NCBI GenBank assembly: GCA_002245135.1 | Contig: NGBS01000598.1 | Location: 1-64,000, forward strand | Source of the DNA: Proteromonas lacertae | Lineage: Eukaryota | Direction of reading: 5' to 3' | Length of the DNA: 64,000 nucleotides | Shown here: positions 38,193 through 53,358 of the stretch, one piece after another | Layout: each line of letters starts with the position of its first letter | Position numbering within the stretch: position 1 is the first letter of the stretch | Position numbers and translations under genes: made by a program | Notes under the pieces: model-generated | What the model saw: the letters and a program-made list of their open reading frames with translations, nothing else | Told to the model about the DNA's origin: nothing | Database searches by the model: none

Positions 38193-41100
38193 TTATTTCT
38201 GATGAATATTCTTGTTTTCTTTCATTCTCAAAACTATTTCTTTATTCTTCTTTTCTGTTGCTTTTGTTGTTGACATTCCAAATTTACCACCAATTGTATC
38301 ATCTTTAAATACTGGCATTCCACATCTCTCTGACCTTTTAGGTTTTTGATTTTTAAAATCTCTAAAACATTCTACCCATTTCTTACATATTTCTACTCCA
38401 CTTTCATCTTCTATTTTCATATGAACTTTTCTTTCAGTTTCACCAACTTCAAATGTCTTTAAATTTGATTCACTCACTTTCAATATCAATGTAAATTCAT
38501 TACTTCCTTCATTATATTCAATTCCATTATAACAATCTAATGGAATACTTTGTTTCTCATCTAAATATACTTTACCATAATAACTAGGAATCATTGATTC
38601 ATAGATTCTTAATACAGCTGGTTCATAATATAATACACAATATCTCTTTTGCCATTTATCCATTATTCTATTTGTCCCTTCTTTCAATAAATAGCCTTCC
38701 ATTATTACTTTATAACTGAATGGTTTGTAAATATCTTCATCTGTTACTTCATTCTCTTGTTTTATCTTTTCGATTGGAATAACAGTTTCCATTATCTTTT
38801 GACTCTTTTCTATTACCTTCTTTGTTGAATGATTGTATACTGAAATATACACAACAGCTCCAATTATTCCAATTAATAATAAACAGCCAATTACAATCAA
38901 TAATATTGCCCACCAATTCTTCTTTGCCCAGGAATCTTCTTCTTTTGCATTACTTGGAGGTTCTGGTTTATCTTCAGGTATTTCTTGAGGTATATCACCA
39001 ATTTGTGTCATAACTATATTATAATTCTCTGGATCTTTCTTTATATTGTTTTTTTGAGAAGATAATGTAATATCCTTTACTACTTCTTTAAATGTATTTT
39101 TCTCTGTTAAATTTTTTACTAATTGACCTACTGGAGATGCTAGTATTTCAGGTGGAATTTCTCCTAATGTATCTGTTATACTATTATTAATGTCTTGACT
39201 AATATCTTCATCTGTCTTTGAACTGTCTATATAACTATCACTTGGAGCAACTACTGTTAATAAAGTATTTACAAATTCGATTGGATCTTCTAAGTTTTTA
39301 ATCTGCGACCAAATATCATCTGTACTAGAAGCATCACTCATTTTCCTGTTTTTGTTGTTATTTAAGATTTCTTCTCTACTATTTTTATCTGGATAACTAC
39401 TATCTTCTATATATGTAATCATTATTCTGATCTTTTTTTCTTTTATATCATCTACACTACTTTTATCTTCAATCCAGTATGGACTTCCAGTGAATAATTG
39501 TTTTAAAGCACCAACAAATACATCTACAAAAGCAGAAAACAAACTATTATCTTCTCCACTACTAATAAATGAATAAACTGCTTGAACTTTTGTACAATAT
39601 TCTTTCGTATAATTTCTATCACAACATAATCCTTGAGGATCAAGATCATATTGACATGAATCTATAATCAATAAATAAATAGAATATATATACCTCCATG
39701 AAATACGTTAATAATATAAGATATTTCCAAATTTGGATTTTCACTTTTAAATTTAGCAATTACAGGAGTTGTATCAGTTTCTTCTTCAACAGTTATATTT
39801 GTTATTTTCAAATCATCCCATTTGAATAATGTAGTATTTGTTTTGCTTGTATCATCAGGTTCTAATCTAAATTTGTCTTTGTTTTTTCCATCTAAATTTA
39901 TCTTCATGGTTAATGTTTGTCTTTGATCAATCAATTCTGTTTCATTAAAACCACTCACTATAGGATAACTTGCAACTATTTTTGCTTCAAATTCAGAAGA
40001 AGAATTAACCATAACTGGAACTTTAGATGCATATCTATTAAAATAAGGTTTATATTCAACTACTGCGATTGTTACAATAGCCTTACCTACAATACCATTG
40101 TTTTCACAATTAATCTCACATTTTACATAATTAATTACTCTGCTAGTATCAACTGATATATTACCATCATTTTTAAATGATATAACATTACTATTTTTTA
40201 CACATTTAGGTTCATAATAATTATAGTTTCTATATACTGGTATAATATCAATGAAATATGTTTCTTTTGATTGTATGAATTTATAATTTGACTTCTCATA
40301 TGGACAACTAATTACATCAATAGGTGAATCAGTAGCTTCTTCAGTTGCTTCAATAAGTGTGCTTTCACATATATGACCATCAATATAATTATCAACAGTG
40401 ACTCTTTCAGAGATTCCATTCGTTGGAGCAGTATAACCATCAAGTCCACTTACAATTTCATATACATTTTCAGATGTTCTTTTTATTTGAATTTTTAGAA
40501 CTATTCAAAAATAACAATAAGAATATACTTGCTGATGTTTCACAACTCTCTCCACAAGGAGTAAGCTTATTGGTTGTCTTATCACATTCTCCACTTACAT
40601 CACTATCAATAGCATTAATATTCCACTCACTATATGTTCTATCATAACTATTAGTCTTTACAGCAGAATAAATATAGAATTTGTTTGATGATTGCTTTAC
40701 AACGACTAATTTCGAATCGGTTAAATATAATATATCTCTATTTTTAGCAGTTATTCTTAAATAACTACCAGCTGGAACTATTTCACTTTTACTACTACCT
40801 GAACAATATGTTCCATCAATATATTTATCAACAGTTGCTTTGTCTGTTGATTCTTTTATATCAGTATATGGAATTGTTGAACCTGTAACAAATGAATATC
40901 CATCAACAGTTTTCTGAATTTTTATCAATTTATCTATTTATTTTATAAATTATTATATTTTTATAGTTATTATATACTTGTTTCGTCTTTACATTCATCT
41001 CCACTACAGGCAGTAAATACATTTTCTTTACAAGTTCCACTTACACTATTAACAATACCATCAATACTATATTCAGTATGATCTGCTTTATTACCTGGTA

Positions 41101-44100
41101 AATCAGATCTACGAACACCATAAACATAAATCTCTCCTGTTGTTTTGGTTCTAACAAAGTTCTTGTCTGTCAAATATAATGTATCATCTCCATCTTTCAT
41201 TTCCAAATAACTACCAGCTGGAACTATTTCACTTTTACTACTACCTGAACAATATGTTCCATCAATATATTTATCAACAGTTGCTTTGTCTGTTGATTCT
41301 TTTATATCAGTATATGGAATTGTTGAACCTGTAACAAATGAATATCCATCAACAGTTTTCTGAATTTTTATCAATTTATCTATTTATTTTATAAATTATT
41401 ATATTTTTATAGTTATTATATACTTGTTTCGTCTTTACATTCATCTCCACTACAGGCAGTAAATACATTTTCTTTACAAGTTCCACTTACACTATTAACA
41501 ATACCATCAATACTATATTCAGTATGATCTGCTTTATTACCTGGTAAATCAGATCTACGAACACCATAAACATAAATCTCTCCTGTTGTTTTGGTTCTAA
41601 CAAAGTTCTTGTCTGTCAAATATAATGTATCATCTCCATCTTTCATTTCCAAATAACTACCAGCTGGAACTATTTCACTTTTACTACTACCTGAACAATA
41701 TGTTCCATCAATATATTTATCAACAGTTGCTTTGTCTGTTGATTCTTTTATATCAGTATATGGAATTGTTGAACCTGTAACAAATGAATATCCATCAACA
41801 GTTTTCTGAATTTTTATCAATTTATCTATTTATTTTATAAATTATTATATTTTTATAGTTATTATATACTTGTTTCGTCTTTACATTCATCTCCACTACA
41901 GGCAGTAAATACATTTTCTTTACAAGTTCCACTTACACTATTAACAATACCATCAATACTATATTCAGTATGATCTGCTTTATTACCTGGTAAATCAGAT
42001 CTACGAACACCATAAACATAAATCTCTCCTGTTGTTTTGGTTCTAACAAAGTTCTTGTCTGTCAAATATAATGTATCATCTCCATCTTTCATTTCCAAAT
42101 AACTACCAGCTGGAACTATTTCACTTTTACTACTACCTGAACAATATGTTCCATCAATATATTTATCAACAGTTGCTTTGTCTGTTGATTCTTTTATATC
42201 AGTATATGGAATTGTTGAACCTGTAACAAATGAATATCCATCAACAGTTTTCTGAATTTTTATCAATTTATCTATTTATTTTATAAATTATTATATTTTT
42301 ATAGTTATTATATACTTGTTTCGTCTTTACATTCATCTCCACTACAGGCAGTAAATACATTTTCTTTACAAGTTCCACTTACACTATTAACAATACCATC
42401 AATACTATATTCAGTATGATCTGCTTTATTACCTGGTAAATCAGATCTACGAACACCATAAACATAAATCTCTCCTGTTGTTTTGGTTCTAACAAAGTTC
42501 TTGTCTGTCAAATATAATGTATCATCTCCATCTTTCATTTCCAAATAACTACCAGCTGGAACTATTTCACTTTTACTACTACCTGAACAATATGTTCCAT
42601 CAATATATTTATCAACAGTTGCTTTGTCTGTTGATTCTTTTATATCAGTATATGGAATTGTTGAACCTGTAACAAATGAATATCCATCAACAGTTTTCTG
42701 AATTTTTATCAATTTATCTATTTATTTTATAAATTATTATATTTTTATAGTTATTATATACTTGTTTCGTCTTTACATTCATCTCCACTACAGGCAGTAA
42801 ATACATTTTCTTTACAAGTTCCACTTACACTATTAACAATACCATCAATACTATATTCAGTATGATCTGCTTTATTACCTGGTAAATCAGATCTACGAAC
42901 ACCATAAACATAAATCTCTCCTGTTGTTTTGGTTCTAACAAAGTTCTTGTCTGTCAAATATAATGTATCATCTCCATCTTTCATTTCCAAATAACTACCA
43001 GCTGGAACTATTTCACTTTTACTACTACCTGAACAATATGTTCCATCAATATATTTATCAACAGTTGCTTTGTCTGTTGATTCTTTTATATCAGTATATG
43101 GAATTGTTGAACCTGTAACAAATGAATATCCATCAACAGTTTTCTGAATTTTTATCAATTTATCTATTTATTTTATAAATTATTATATTTTTATAGTTAT
43201 TATATACTTGTTTCGTCTTTACATTCATCTCCACTACAGGCAGTAAATACATTTTCTTTACAAGTTCCACTTACACTATTAACAATACCATCAATACTAT
43301 ATTCAGTATGATCTGCTTTATTACCTGGTAAATCAGATCTACGAACACCATAAACATAAATCTCTCCTGTTGTTTTGGTTCTAACAAAGTTCTTGTCTGT
43401 CAAATATAATGTATCATCTCCATCTTTCATTTCCAAATAACTACCAGCTGGAACTATTTCACTTTTACTACTACCTGAACAATATGTTCCATCAATATAT
43501 TTATCAACAGTTGCTTTGTCTGTTGATTCTTTTATATCAGTATATGGAATTGTTGAACCTGTAACAAATGAATATCCATCAACAGTTTTCTGAATTTTTA
43601 TCAATTTATCTATTTATTTTATAAATTATTATATTTTTATAGTTATTATATACTTGTTTCGTCTTTACATTCATCTCCACTACAGGCAGTAATACATTTC
43701 TTTACAAGTTCCACTTACACTATTAACAATACCATCAATACTATATTCAGTATGATCTGCTTTATTACCTGGTAAATCAGATCTACGAACACCATAAACA
43801 TAAATCTCTCCTGTTGTTTTGGTTCTAACAAAGTTCTTGTCTGTCAAATATAATGTATCATCTCCATCTTTCATTTCCAAATAACTACCAGCTGGAACTA
43901 TTTCACTTTTACTACTACCTGAACAATATGTTCCATCAATATATTTATCAACAGTTGCTTTGTCTGTTGATTCTTTTATATCAGTATATGGAATTGTTGA
44001 ACCTGTAACAAATGAATATCCATCAACAGTTTTTCTGAATTTTTATCAATTTATCTATTTATTTTATAAATTATTATATTTTTATAGTTATTATATACTT

Positions 44101-47100
44101 GTTTCGTCTTTACATTCATCTCCACTACAGGCAGTAAATACATTTTCTTTACAAGTTCCACTTACACTATTAACAATACCATCAATACTATATTCAGTAT
44201 GATCTGCTTTATTACCTGGTAAATCAGATCTACGAACACCATAAACATAAATCTCTCCTGTTGTTTTGGTTCTAACAAAGTTCTTGTCTGTCAAATATAA
44301 TGTATCATCTCCATCTTTCATTTCCAAATAACTACCAGCTGGAACTATTTCACTTTTACTACTACCTGAACAATATGTTCCATCAATATATTTATCAACA
44401 GTTGCTTTGTCTGTTGATTCTTTTATATCAGTATATGGAATTGTTGAACCTGTAACAAATGAATATCCATCAACAGTTTTCTGAATTTTTATCAATTTAT
44501 CTATTTATTTTATAAATTATTATATTTTTATAGTTATTATATACTTGTTTCGTCTTTACATTCATCTCCACTACAGGCAGTAAATACATTTTCTTTACAA
44601 GTTCCACTTACACTATTAACAATACCATCAATACTATATTCAGTATGATCTGCTTTATTACCTGGTAAATCAGATCTACGAACACCATAAACATAAATCT
44701 CTCCTGTTGTTTTGGTTCTAACAAAGTTCTTGTCTGTCAAATATAATGTATCATCTCCATCTTTCATTTCCAAATAACTACCAGCTGGAACTATTTCACT
44801 TTTACTACTACCTGAACAATATGTTCCATCAATATATTTATCAACAGTTGCTTTGTCTGTTGATTCTTTTTATATCAGTATATGGAATTGTTGAACCTGT
44901 AACAAATGAATATCCATCAACAGTTTTCTGAATTTTATCAATTTATCTATTTATTTTATAAATTATTATATTTTTATAGTTATTATATACTTGTTTCGTC
45001 TTTACATTCATCTCCACTACAGGCAGTAAATACATTTTCTTTACAAGTTCCACTTACACTATTAACAATACCATCAATACTATATTCAGTATGATCTGCT
45101 TTATTACCTGGTAAATCAGATCTACGAACACCATAAACATAAATCTCTCCTGTTGTTTTGGTTCTAACAAAGTTCTTGTCTGTCAAATATAATGTATCAT
45201 CTCCATCTTTCATTTCCAAATAACTACCAGCTGGAACTATTTCACTTTTACTACTACCTGAACAATATGTTCCATCAATATATTTATCAACAGTTGCTTT
45301 GTCTGTTGATTCTTTTATATCAGTATATGGAATTGTTGAACCTGTAACAAATGAATATCCATCAACAGTTTTCTGAATTTTTATCAATTTATCTATTTAT
45401 TTTATAAATTATTATATTTTTATAGTTATTATATACTTGTTTCGTCTTTACATTCATCTCCACTACAGGCAGTAAATACATTTTCTTTACAAGTTCCACT
45501 TACACTATTAACAATACCATCAATACTATATTCAGTATGATCTGCTTTATTACCTGGTAAATCAGATCTACGAACACCATAAACATAAATCTCTCCTGTT
45601 GTTTTGGTTCTAACAAAGTTCTTGTCTGTCAAATATAATGTATCATCTCCATCTTTCATTTCCAAATAACTACCAGCTGGAACTATTTCACTTTTACTAC
45701 TACCTGAACAATATGTTCCATCAATATATTTATCAACAGTTGCTTTGTCTGTTGATTCTTTTATATCAGTATATGGAATTGTTGAACCTGTAACAAATGA
45801 ATATCCATCAACAGTTTTCTGAATTTTTATCAATTTATCTATTTATTTTATAAATTATTATATTTTTATAGTTATTATATACTTGTTTCGTCTTTACATT
45901 CATCTCCACTACAGGCAGTAAATACATTTTCTTTACAAGTTCCACTTACACTATTAACAATACCATCAATACTATATTCAGTATGATCTGCTTTATTACC
46001 TGGTAAATCAGATCTACGAACACCATAAACATAAATCTCTCCTGTTGTTTTGGTTCTAACAAAGTTCTTGGTCTGTCAAATATAATGTATCATCTCCATC
46101 TTTCATTTCCAAATAACTACCAGCTGGAACTATTTCACTTTTACTACTACCTGAACAATATGTTCCATCAATATATTTATCAACAGTTGCTTTGTCTGTT
46201 GATTCTTTTATATCAGTATATGGAATTGTTGAACCTGTAACAAATGAATATCCATCAACAGTTTTCTGAATTTTTATCAATTTATCTATTTATTTTATAA
46301 ATTATTATATTTTTATAGTTATTATATACTTGTTTCGTCTTTACATTCATCTCCACTACAGGCAGTAAATACATTTTCTTTACAAGTTCCACTTACACTA
46401 TTAACAATACCATCAATACTATATTCAGTATGATCTGCTTTATTACCTGGTAAATCAGATCTACGAACACCATAAACATAAATCTCTCCTGTTGTTTTGG
46501 TTCTAACAAAGTTCTTGTCTGTCAAATATAATGTATCATCTCCATCTTTCATTTCCAAATAACTACCAGCTGGAACTATTTCACTTTTACTACTACCTGA
46601 ACAATATGTTCCATCATATATTTATCAACAGTTGCTTTGTCTGTTGATTCTTTTATATCAGTATATGGAATTGTTGAACCTGTAACAAATGAATATCCAT
46701 CAACAGTTTTCTGAATTTTTATCAATTTATCTATTTATTTTATAAATTATTATATTTTTATAGTTATTATATACTTGTTTCGTCTTTACATTCATCTCCA
46801 CTACAGGCAGTAAATACATTTTCTTTACAAGTTCCACTTACACTATTAACAATACCATCAATACTATATTCAGTATGATCTGCTTTATTACCTGGTAAAT
46901 CAGATCTACGAACACCATAAACATAAATCTCTCCTGTTGTTTTGGTTCTAACAAAGTTCTTGTCTGTCAAATATAATGTATCATCTCCATCTTTCATTTC
47001 CAAATAACTACCAGCTGGAACTATTTCACTTTTACTACTACCTGAACAATATGTTCCATCAATATATTTATCAACAGTTGCTTTGTCTGTTGATTCTTTT

Positions 47101-50100
47101 ATATCAGTATATGGAATTGTTGAACCTGTAACAAATGAATATCCATCAACAGTTTTCTGAATTTTTATCAATTTATCTATTTATTTTATAAATTATTATA
47201 TTTTTATAGTTATTATATACTTGTTTCGTCTTTACATTCATCTCCACTACAGGCAGTAAATACATTTTCTTTACAAGTTCCACTTACACTATTAACAATA
47301 CCATCAATACTATATTCAGTATGATCTGCTTTATTACCTGGTAAATCAGATCTACGAACACCATAAACATAAATCTCTCCTGTTGTTTTGGTTCTAACAA
47401 AGTTCTTGTCTGTCAAATATAATGTATCATCTCCATCTTTCATTTCCAAATAACTACCAGCTGGAACTATTTCACTTTTACTACTACCTGAACAATATGT
47501 TCCATCAATATATTTATCAACAGTTGCTTTGTCTGTTGATTCTTTTATATCAGTATATGGAATTGTTGAACCTGTAACAAATGAATATCCATCAACAGTT
47601 TTCTGAATTTTTATCAATTTATCTATTTATTTTATAAATTATTATATTTTTATAGTTATTATATACTTGTTTCGTCTTTACATTCATCTCCACTACAGGC
47701 AGTAAATACATTTTCTTTACAAGTTCCACTTACACTATTAACAATACCATCAATACTATATTCAGTATGATCTGCTTTATTACCTGGTAAATCAGATCTA
47801 CGAACACCATAAACATAAATCTCTCCTGTTGTTTTGGTTCTAACAAAGTTCTTGTCTGTCAAATATAATGTATCATCTCCATCTTTCATTTCCAAATAAC
47901 TACCAGCTGGAACTATTTCACTTTTTACTACTACCTGAACAATATGTTCCATCAATATATTTATCAACAGTTGCTTTGTCTGTTGATTCTTTTATATCAG
48001 TATATGGAATTGTTGAACCTGTAACAAATGAATATCCATCAACAGTTTTCTGAATTTTTATCAATTTATCTATTTATTTTATAAATTATTATATTTTTAT
48101 AGTTATTATATACTTGTTTCGTCTTTACATTCATCTCCACTACAGGCAGTAAATACATTTTCTTTACAAGTTCCACTTACACTATTAACAATACCATCAA
48201 TACTATATTCAGTATGATCTGCTTTATTACCTGGTAAATCAGATCTACGAACACCATAAACATAAATCTCTCCTGTTGTTTTGGTTCTAACAAAGTTCTT
48301 GTCTGTCAAATATAATGTATCATCTCCATCTTTCATTTCCAAATAACTACCAGCTGGAACTATTTCACTTTTACTACTACCTGAACAATATGTTCCATCA
48401 ATATATTTATCAACAGTTGCTTTGTCTGTTGATTCTTTTATATCAGTATATGGAATTGTTGAACCTGTAACAAATGAATATCCATCAACAGTTTTCTGAA
48501 TTTTTATCAATTTATCTATTTATTTTATAAATTATTATATTTTTATAGTTATTATATACTTGTTTCGTCTTTACATTCATCTCCACTACAGGCAGTAAAT
48601 ACATTTTCTTTACAAGTTCCACTTACACTATTAACAATACCATCAATACTATATTCAGTATGATCTGCTTTATTACCTGGTAAATCAGATCTACGAACAC
48701 CATAAACATAAATCTCTCCTGTTGTTTTGGTTCTAACAAAGTTCTTGTCTGTCAAATATAATGTATCATCTCCATCTTTCATTTCCAAATAACTACCAGC
48801 TGGAACTATTTCACTTTTACTACTACCTGAACAATATGTTCCATCAATATATTTATCAACAGTTGCTTTGTCTGTTGATTCTTTTATATCAGTATATGGA
48901 ATTGTTGAACCTGTAACAAATGAATATCCATCAACAGTTTTCTGAATTTTTATCAATTTATCTATTTATTTTATAAATTATTATATTTTTATAGTTATTA
49001 TATACTTGTTTCGTCTTTACATTCATCTCCACTACAGGCAGTAAATACATTTTCTTTACAAGTTCCACTTACACTATTAACAATACCATCAATACTATAT
49101 TCAGTATGATCTGCTTTATTACCTGGTAAATCAGATCTACGAACACCATAAACATAAATCTCTCCTGTTGTTTTGGTTCTAACAAAGTTCTTGTCTGTCA
49201 AATATAATGTATCATCTCCATCTTTCATTTCCAAATAACTACCAGCTGGAACTATTTCACTTTTACTACTACCTGAACAATATGTTCCATCAATATATTT
49301 ATCAACAGTTGCTTTGTCTGTTGATTCTTTTATATCAGTATATGGAATTGTTGAACCTGTAACAAATGAATATCCATCAACAGTTTTCTGAATTTTTATC
49401 AATTTATCTATTTATTTTATAAATTATTATATTTTTATAGTTATTATATACTTGTTTCGTCTTTACATTCATCTCCACTACAGGCAGTAAATACATTTTC
49501 TTTACAAGTTCCACTTACACTATTAACAATACCATCAATACTATATTCAGTATGATCTGCTTTATTACCTGGTAAATCAGATCTACGAACACCATAAACA
49601 TAAATCTCTCCTGTTGTTTTGGTTCTAACAAAGTTCTTGTCTGTCAAATATAATGTATCATCTCCATCTTTCATTTCCAAATAACTACCAGCTGGAACTA
49701 TTTCACTTTTACTACTACCTGAACAATATGTTCCATCAATATATTTATCAACAGTTGCTTTGTCTGTTGATTCTTTTATATCAGTATATGGAATTGTTGA
49801 ACCTGTAACAAATGAATATCCATCAACAGTTTTCTGAATTTTTATCAATTTATCTATTTATTTTATAAATTATTATATTTTTATAGTTATTATATACTTG
49901 TTTCGTCTTTACATTCATCTCCACTACAGGCAGTAAATACATTTTCTTTACAAGTTCCACTTACACTATTAACAATACCATCAATACTATATTCAGTATG
50001 ATCTGTTTTATTACCTGGTAAATCAGATCTACGAACACCATAAACATAAATCTCTCCTGTTGTTTTGGTTCTAACAAAGTTCTTGTCTGTCAAATATAAT

Positions 50101-50293
50101 GTATCATCTCCATCTTTCATTTCCAAATAACTACCAGCTGGAACTATTTCACTTGTTTGTAGTGATCCTATTAAATATTAGTACTTAAACTATACTTTGA
50201 CTGTTTATATCAGTCCCATATACACTCAAAATGATTAGCAATACTATTGCAACAATATATACGATATTCTATACTCACTATAACAACTTTCAT
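38193..50293 (-). CDS. Giant type I membrane protein: signal peptide, about 21 identical 134-aa Cys-containing repeats, TM helix, cytoplasmic PH domain
   Basis: Spliced start MKVVIVILLIILSVYG; repeat exons joined in phase 1 by a repeated 44-nt intron; TM WWAILLIVIGCLLLIGIIGAVVYISVY; PH VIMEGYLLKEG...KWQKRYCVL...KKWVECF. Confidence 0.85.
40762..50154 (-). repeat. 446-bp tandem array (402-nt exon + 44-nt intron), about 21 near-identical copies
   Basis: ORF starts recur every 446 bp (40970, 41416, 41862 ... 49890). The intron GTATATAATAAC...AAATAAATAG is the same in each copy. Confidence 0.97.
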
Positions 50294-51015
50294 TCAAATA
50301 TTTCAATCACCAATCAATTTGCTTAAGTTGCTTTAACCAATCAAAATGCTAAAATCCATAAAAATTATACTTTCAGTTTGAGGTATTAGAGCCGTGATAA
50401 AGTTAATTTAAGTGCATATTCTGAATAATGATGCTAAAAAAGTATCTACTCTCCACCTTTGCAAGACTAAATCACTCATCATCAGTATTTCCCTTATTCC
50501 TGTTCCATTATCTACATCATCAATGCATCTAGTGAATTACATCTTATGATACATATCCTGCAAATATCTTGCTTTAAAAATGAATATAAACTGATCAAAT
50601 TTTATTTTGAAACAATGTCAAAATAGAATTGAATCATCCTTCATAAAATCATTGATTTAACTTGAATATATATTGTTGTGATTCTATTGAATAATGAATG
50701 TTCATTTATACCTAATAATATACATAAATCTAATTAATATTTGTATGATCGAAATACTCACTTTAACCATTGCTGTATATATATAAACACCTTCTACGTA
50801 GTAATGTTACGATGCAATATAATTTTACATAGCATAAATAACTTAGTAAACACATAAACAAATTGAAAGTGAGATAATCTTAACATACATATAAAATTAT
50901 TAATTGAATTATTATATTCATCCAAAACAAACAAAAACAATAAATGTTACTATTTAAATAAATAAAAGATTACTATGGTAAAAATATGTTAAATCTCTTT
51001 CATTCTTCTATTATT

Positions 51016-52399
51016 TTACTCTTTATTCTCATTTTCTTCATTCTCGTGTTTCTCTTCTTCTTCTTTATTATTATTATCACCATCATTTACATTCTCATTA
51101 TTCTCTTCATTTTCTTCTTTTTTCATTTCTTTCTTATCTTCTTCTCTTTCTCCTTCTTTTTGTTGTTTTTCTTCTTCTTTTGGAATATCAGTTACAGTGT
51201 CATAATATTTATTTCGAGTTGTTGTCCATTTTGGTATGAACTTTGTTACATCCTATTCATATTAAATAATAATAATAATAATAATAATAATATACATCAC
51301 AACCATTTAACTCTTTCAAAAATATCAATAAATCATACAATTCTCTATCATTCAAATCATCAACAAATGATAAACAATTTATTCCATTACTCACTTGAAA
51401 TATATAAGCATTTGGAGAATTATCAATTATCAATGTATTATTCAAATCTCGACCTAATAACGATAAATCTTTAATAAAATTATTTTCATATAAAACACAA
51501 TGTTCTCTAAATAATCGATAGATTATATTCTTATGTTCAGGATCTAGTAAATCTAATAGTGGATCTGCATATTTACCTAAACTAGCAGTATAGATTACGA
51601 TTTCAAATATTTTACCAAGTTCTTCTAAGAATTTTTCTACTCCTGGTCTTTTCAATACATATACAATATGAGTTTCACCTTCTAATTCTACAGGAATCTC
51701 AAAATCATGATGTTCCATTGGTCTAAATGCACTATGAACTAATGTTTCATCTAAATCTAAAACTAATGTCTTTTTACCTATATCACATTCTCGTTGTTTT
51801 GGTAATAATGGTTGGAATTCTTCTTCTTCTTCTTCAGCTACTTCAGGTATTGTTTCTTGTTGTTGTTGTTGTTTAGGAGATTTAGTTTTCGCTGAGGAGG
51901 AGATATTGGAGGAGGAATTGATTGATTTTTCTTCAGCTGCGACTTTGTTGGTTTTGGATTTGGAATTACTATTATTACTACAACAGAAACAACACATTCG
52001 AGAAAATAACGATGGTTTTGGTTCTGGGATTGTTTCACTCTTTTTATCTTTTTTACCCATTGATTCAGATGCTCGAGAATCACCAAAATCATAAGTTTGA
52101 ATATTTACACATACTTGACTGCCTCGAGGAACGTATTTTGGTTTACCAGTTTTGTCAGTTTGAGCAATAATTTGATATACAAATGAAGCACGATAATCTT
52201 TCTTCGTTTTAGCACCATTTTCATCCAACTCAATATTCTTCAAAACATCGGGTATACTCTCTCTATGAGGTGTATTCTTACGAGCAAATATAACAGGATC
52301 TACTTCTGTTCTTCTACGCACATGAATAGTCTCAGTTTTACCTATGAGATTAAAAATCTAAATCATACCTGGAGCTACCTCTATGGTTAATGGATGCAT
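51016..52399 (-). CDS. CTD small phosphatase (SCP/NIF/Psr family HAD phosphatase)
   Basis: KKTLVLDLDETLVHS, VYVLKRPGV, KDLSLLGRDL, IIDNSP; MCCFCCS Cys cluster; two introns; E/K-rich tail. Confidence 0.92.
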
Positions 52400-52464
52400 T
52401 CCTTCAGAAGCCATTGTATTATGATAGAATAAACACTATTGGATTTGAAACAAAGTTGTATTTT

Positions 52465-53242
52465 ATGAAAACCTTGGATGAAACTGAAGTTAGTCAAGCC
52501 AAACCTTCAAATAGATTTTTAAAATTCATGTCTACTAGACCATACACTGATGCTATAATATCAATACCTATTAGAAGTGAAGGTCCAAAGGTTTATACAT
52601 TGGCAGGAAAGACTATAACAATACATGAAGTATTTTGTTAATTTTATTGATTTATAAATAATAGGCTAGTAGTTCATCAGTGGGTTATGGTGTTGGTGGA
52701 CTTACCTGGGATGCAGCAGAAGTATTAGCAAAGTATTTAGAAAGAAATCCAAACATTGTAAAAGATAAAGCAGTATTAGAATTAGGATGTGGAACTGCAT
52801 TAGCAGGTATTACAGCAGCGTATATTTTGGGATTATATAGTATAATAATAGAGCATTAGGAGCAACTTGTACAATAACAGATGGAATGGAAAAAGTGATT
52901 GAAATTGCAGAACAGAACGTATTAGCCAATTGTCAAGATATAACTCCAATGCCAAAAGTAGAATTACTTGAATGGGGAGTTCATGATAAGAATAATGAGA
53001 AATATGATGTAATTATAGGTTCAGATTTGCTATATATGGCTTCTGACTTCAATGCATTAGCTGAAACAGTGACAAAACACTGGAAAGAAAATACTAAATT
53101 CTATTTAATAAATTTTAAAAGATATCCAGAAAGAGAAGTAGTGTTTTATGATATAATGAAGAGTAAAGGATATAATTATCAGACTTTAGATTTAAGTGAA
53201 ATTGAATTACAGAAATTTCATGCTTTGTGCTTTTGTAAATAG
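52465..53242 (+). CDS. METTL21-like (family 16) protein-lysine methyltransferase
   Basis: GVGGLTWDAAEVL, VLELGCGTALAG, LEWG and YDVIIGSDLLY motifs across two introns. Start codon uncertain. Confidence 0.85.
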
Positions 53243-53358
53243 ATTTAATAAGTGTATATGAGTTGTAAATTGTTGATGAATGTTTGTTTAGAATAAGTTC
53301 TTTTTTCACTATAAAAGGACATAAAATAAAACAGTTTTGAATCTTTCTTTTCTGATTC

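Noticed and set aside
40970..50126. Array of about 21 independent 134-aa genes, as shown in the ORF track
   Set aside because: The starts are TTG codons just after an intron acceptor and the stops lie inside the repeated intron; they are exons of one gene.
50405..50670. Possible small spliced ORF or gene remnant on the minus strand (ARYLQDICIDDVDNGTG...)
   Set aside because: In-frame stop upstream, no clear start and no recognisable family.
50986..51474. Hydrophobic 162-aa + strand ORF
   Set aside because: Antisense of the E/K-rich tail of the phosphatase gene.
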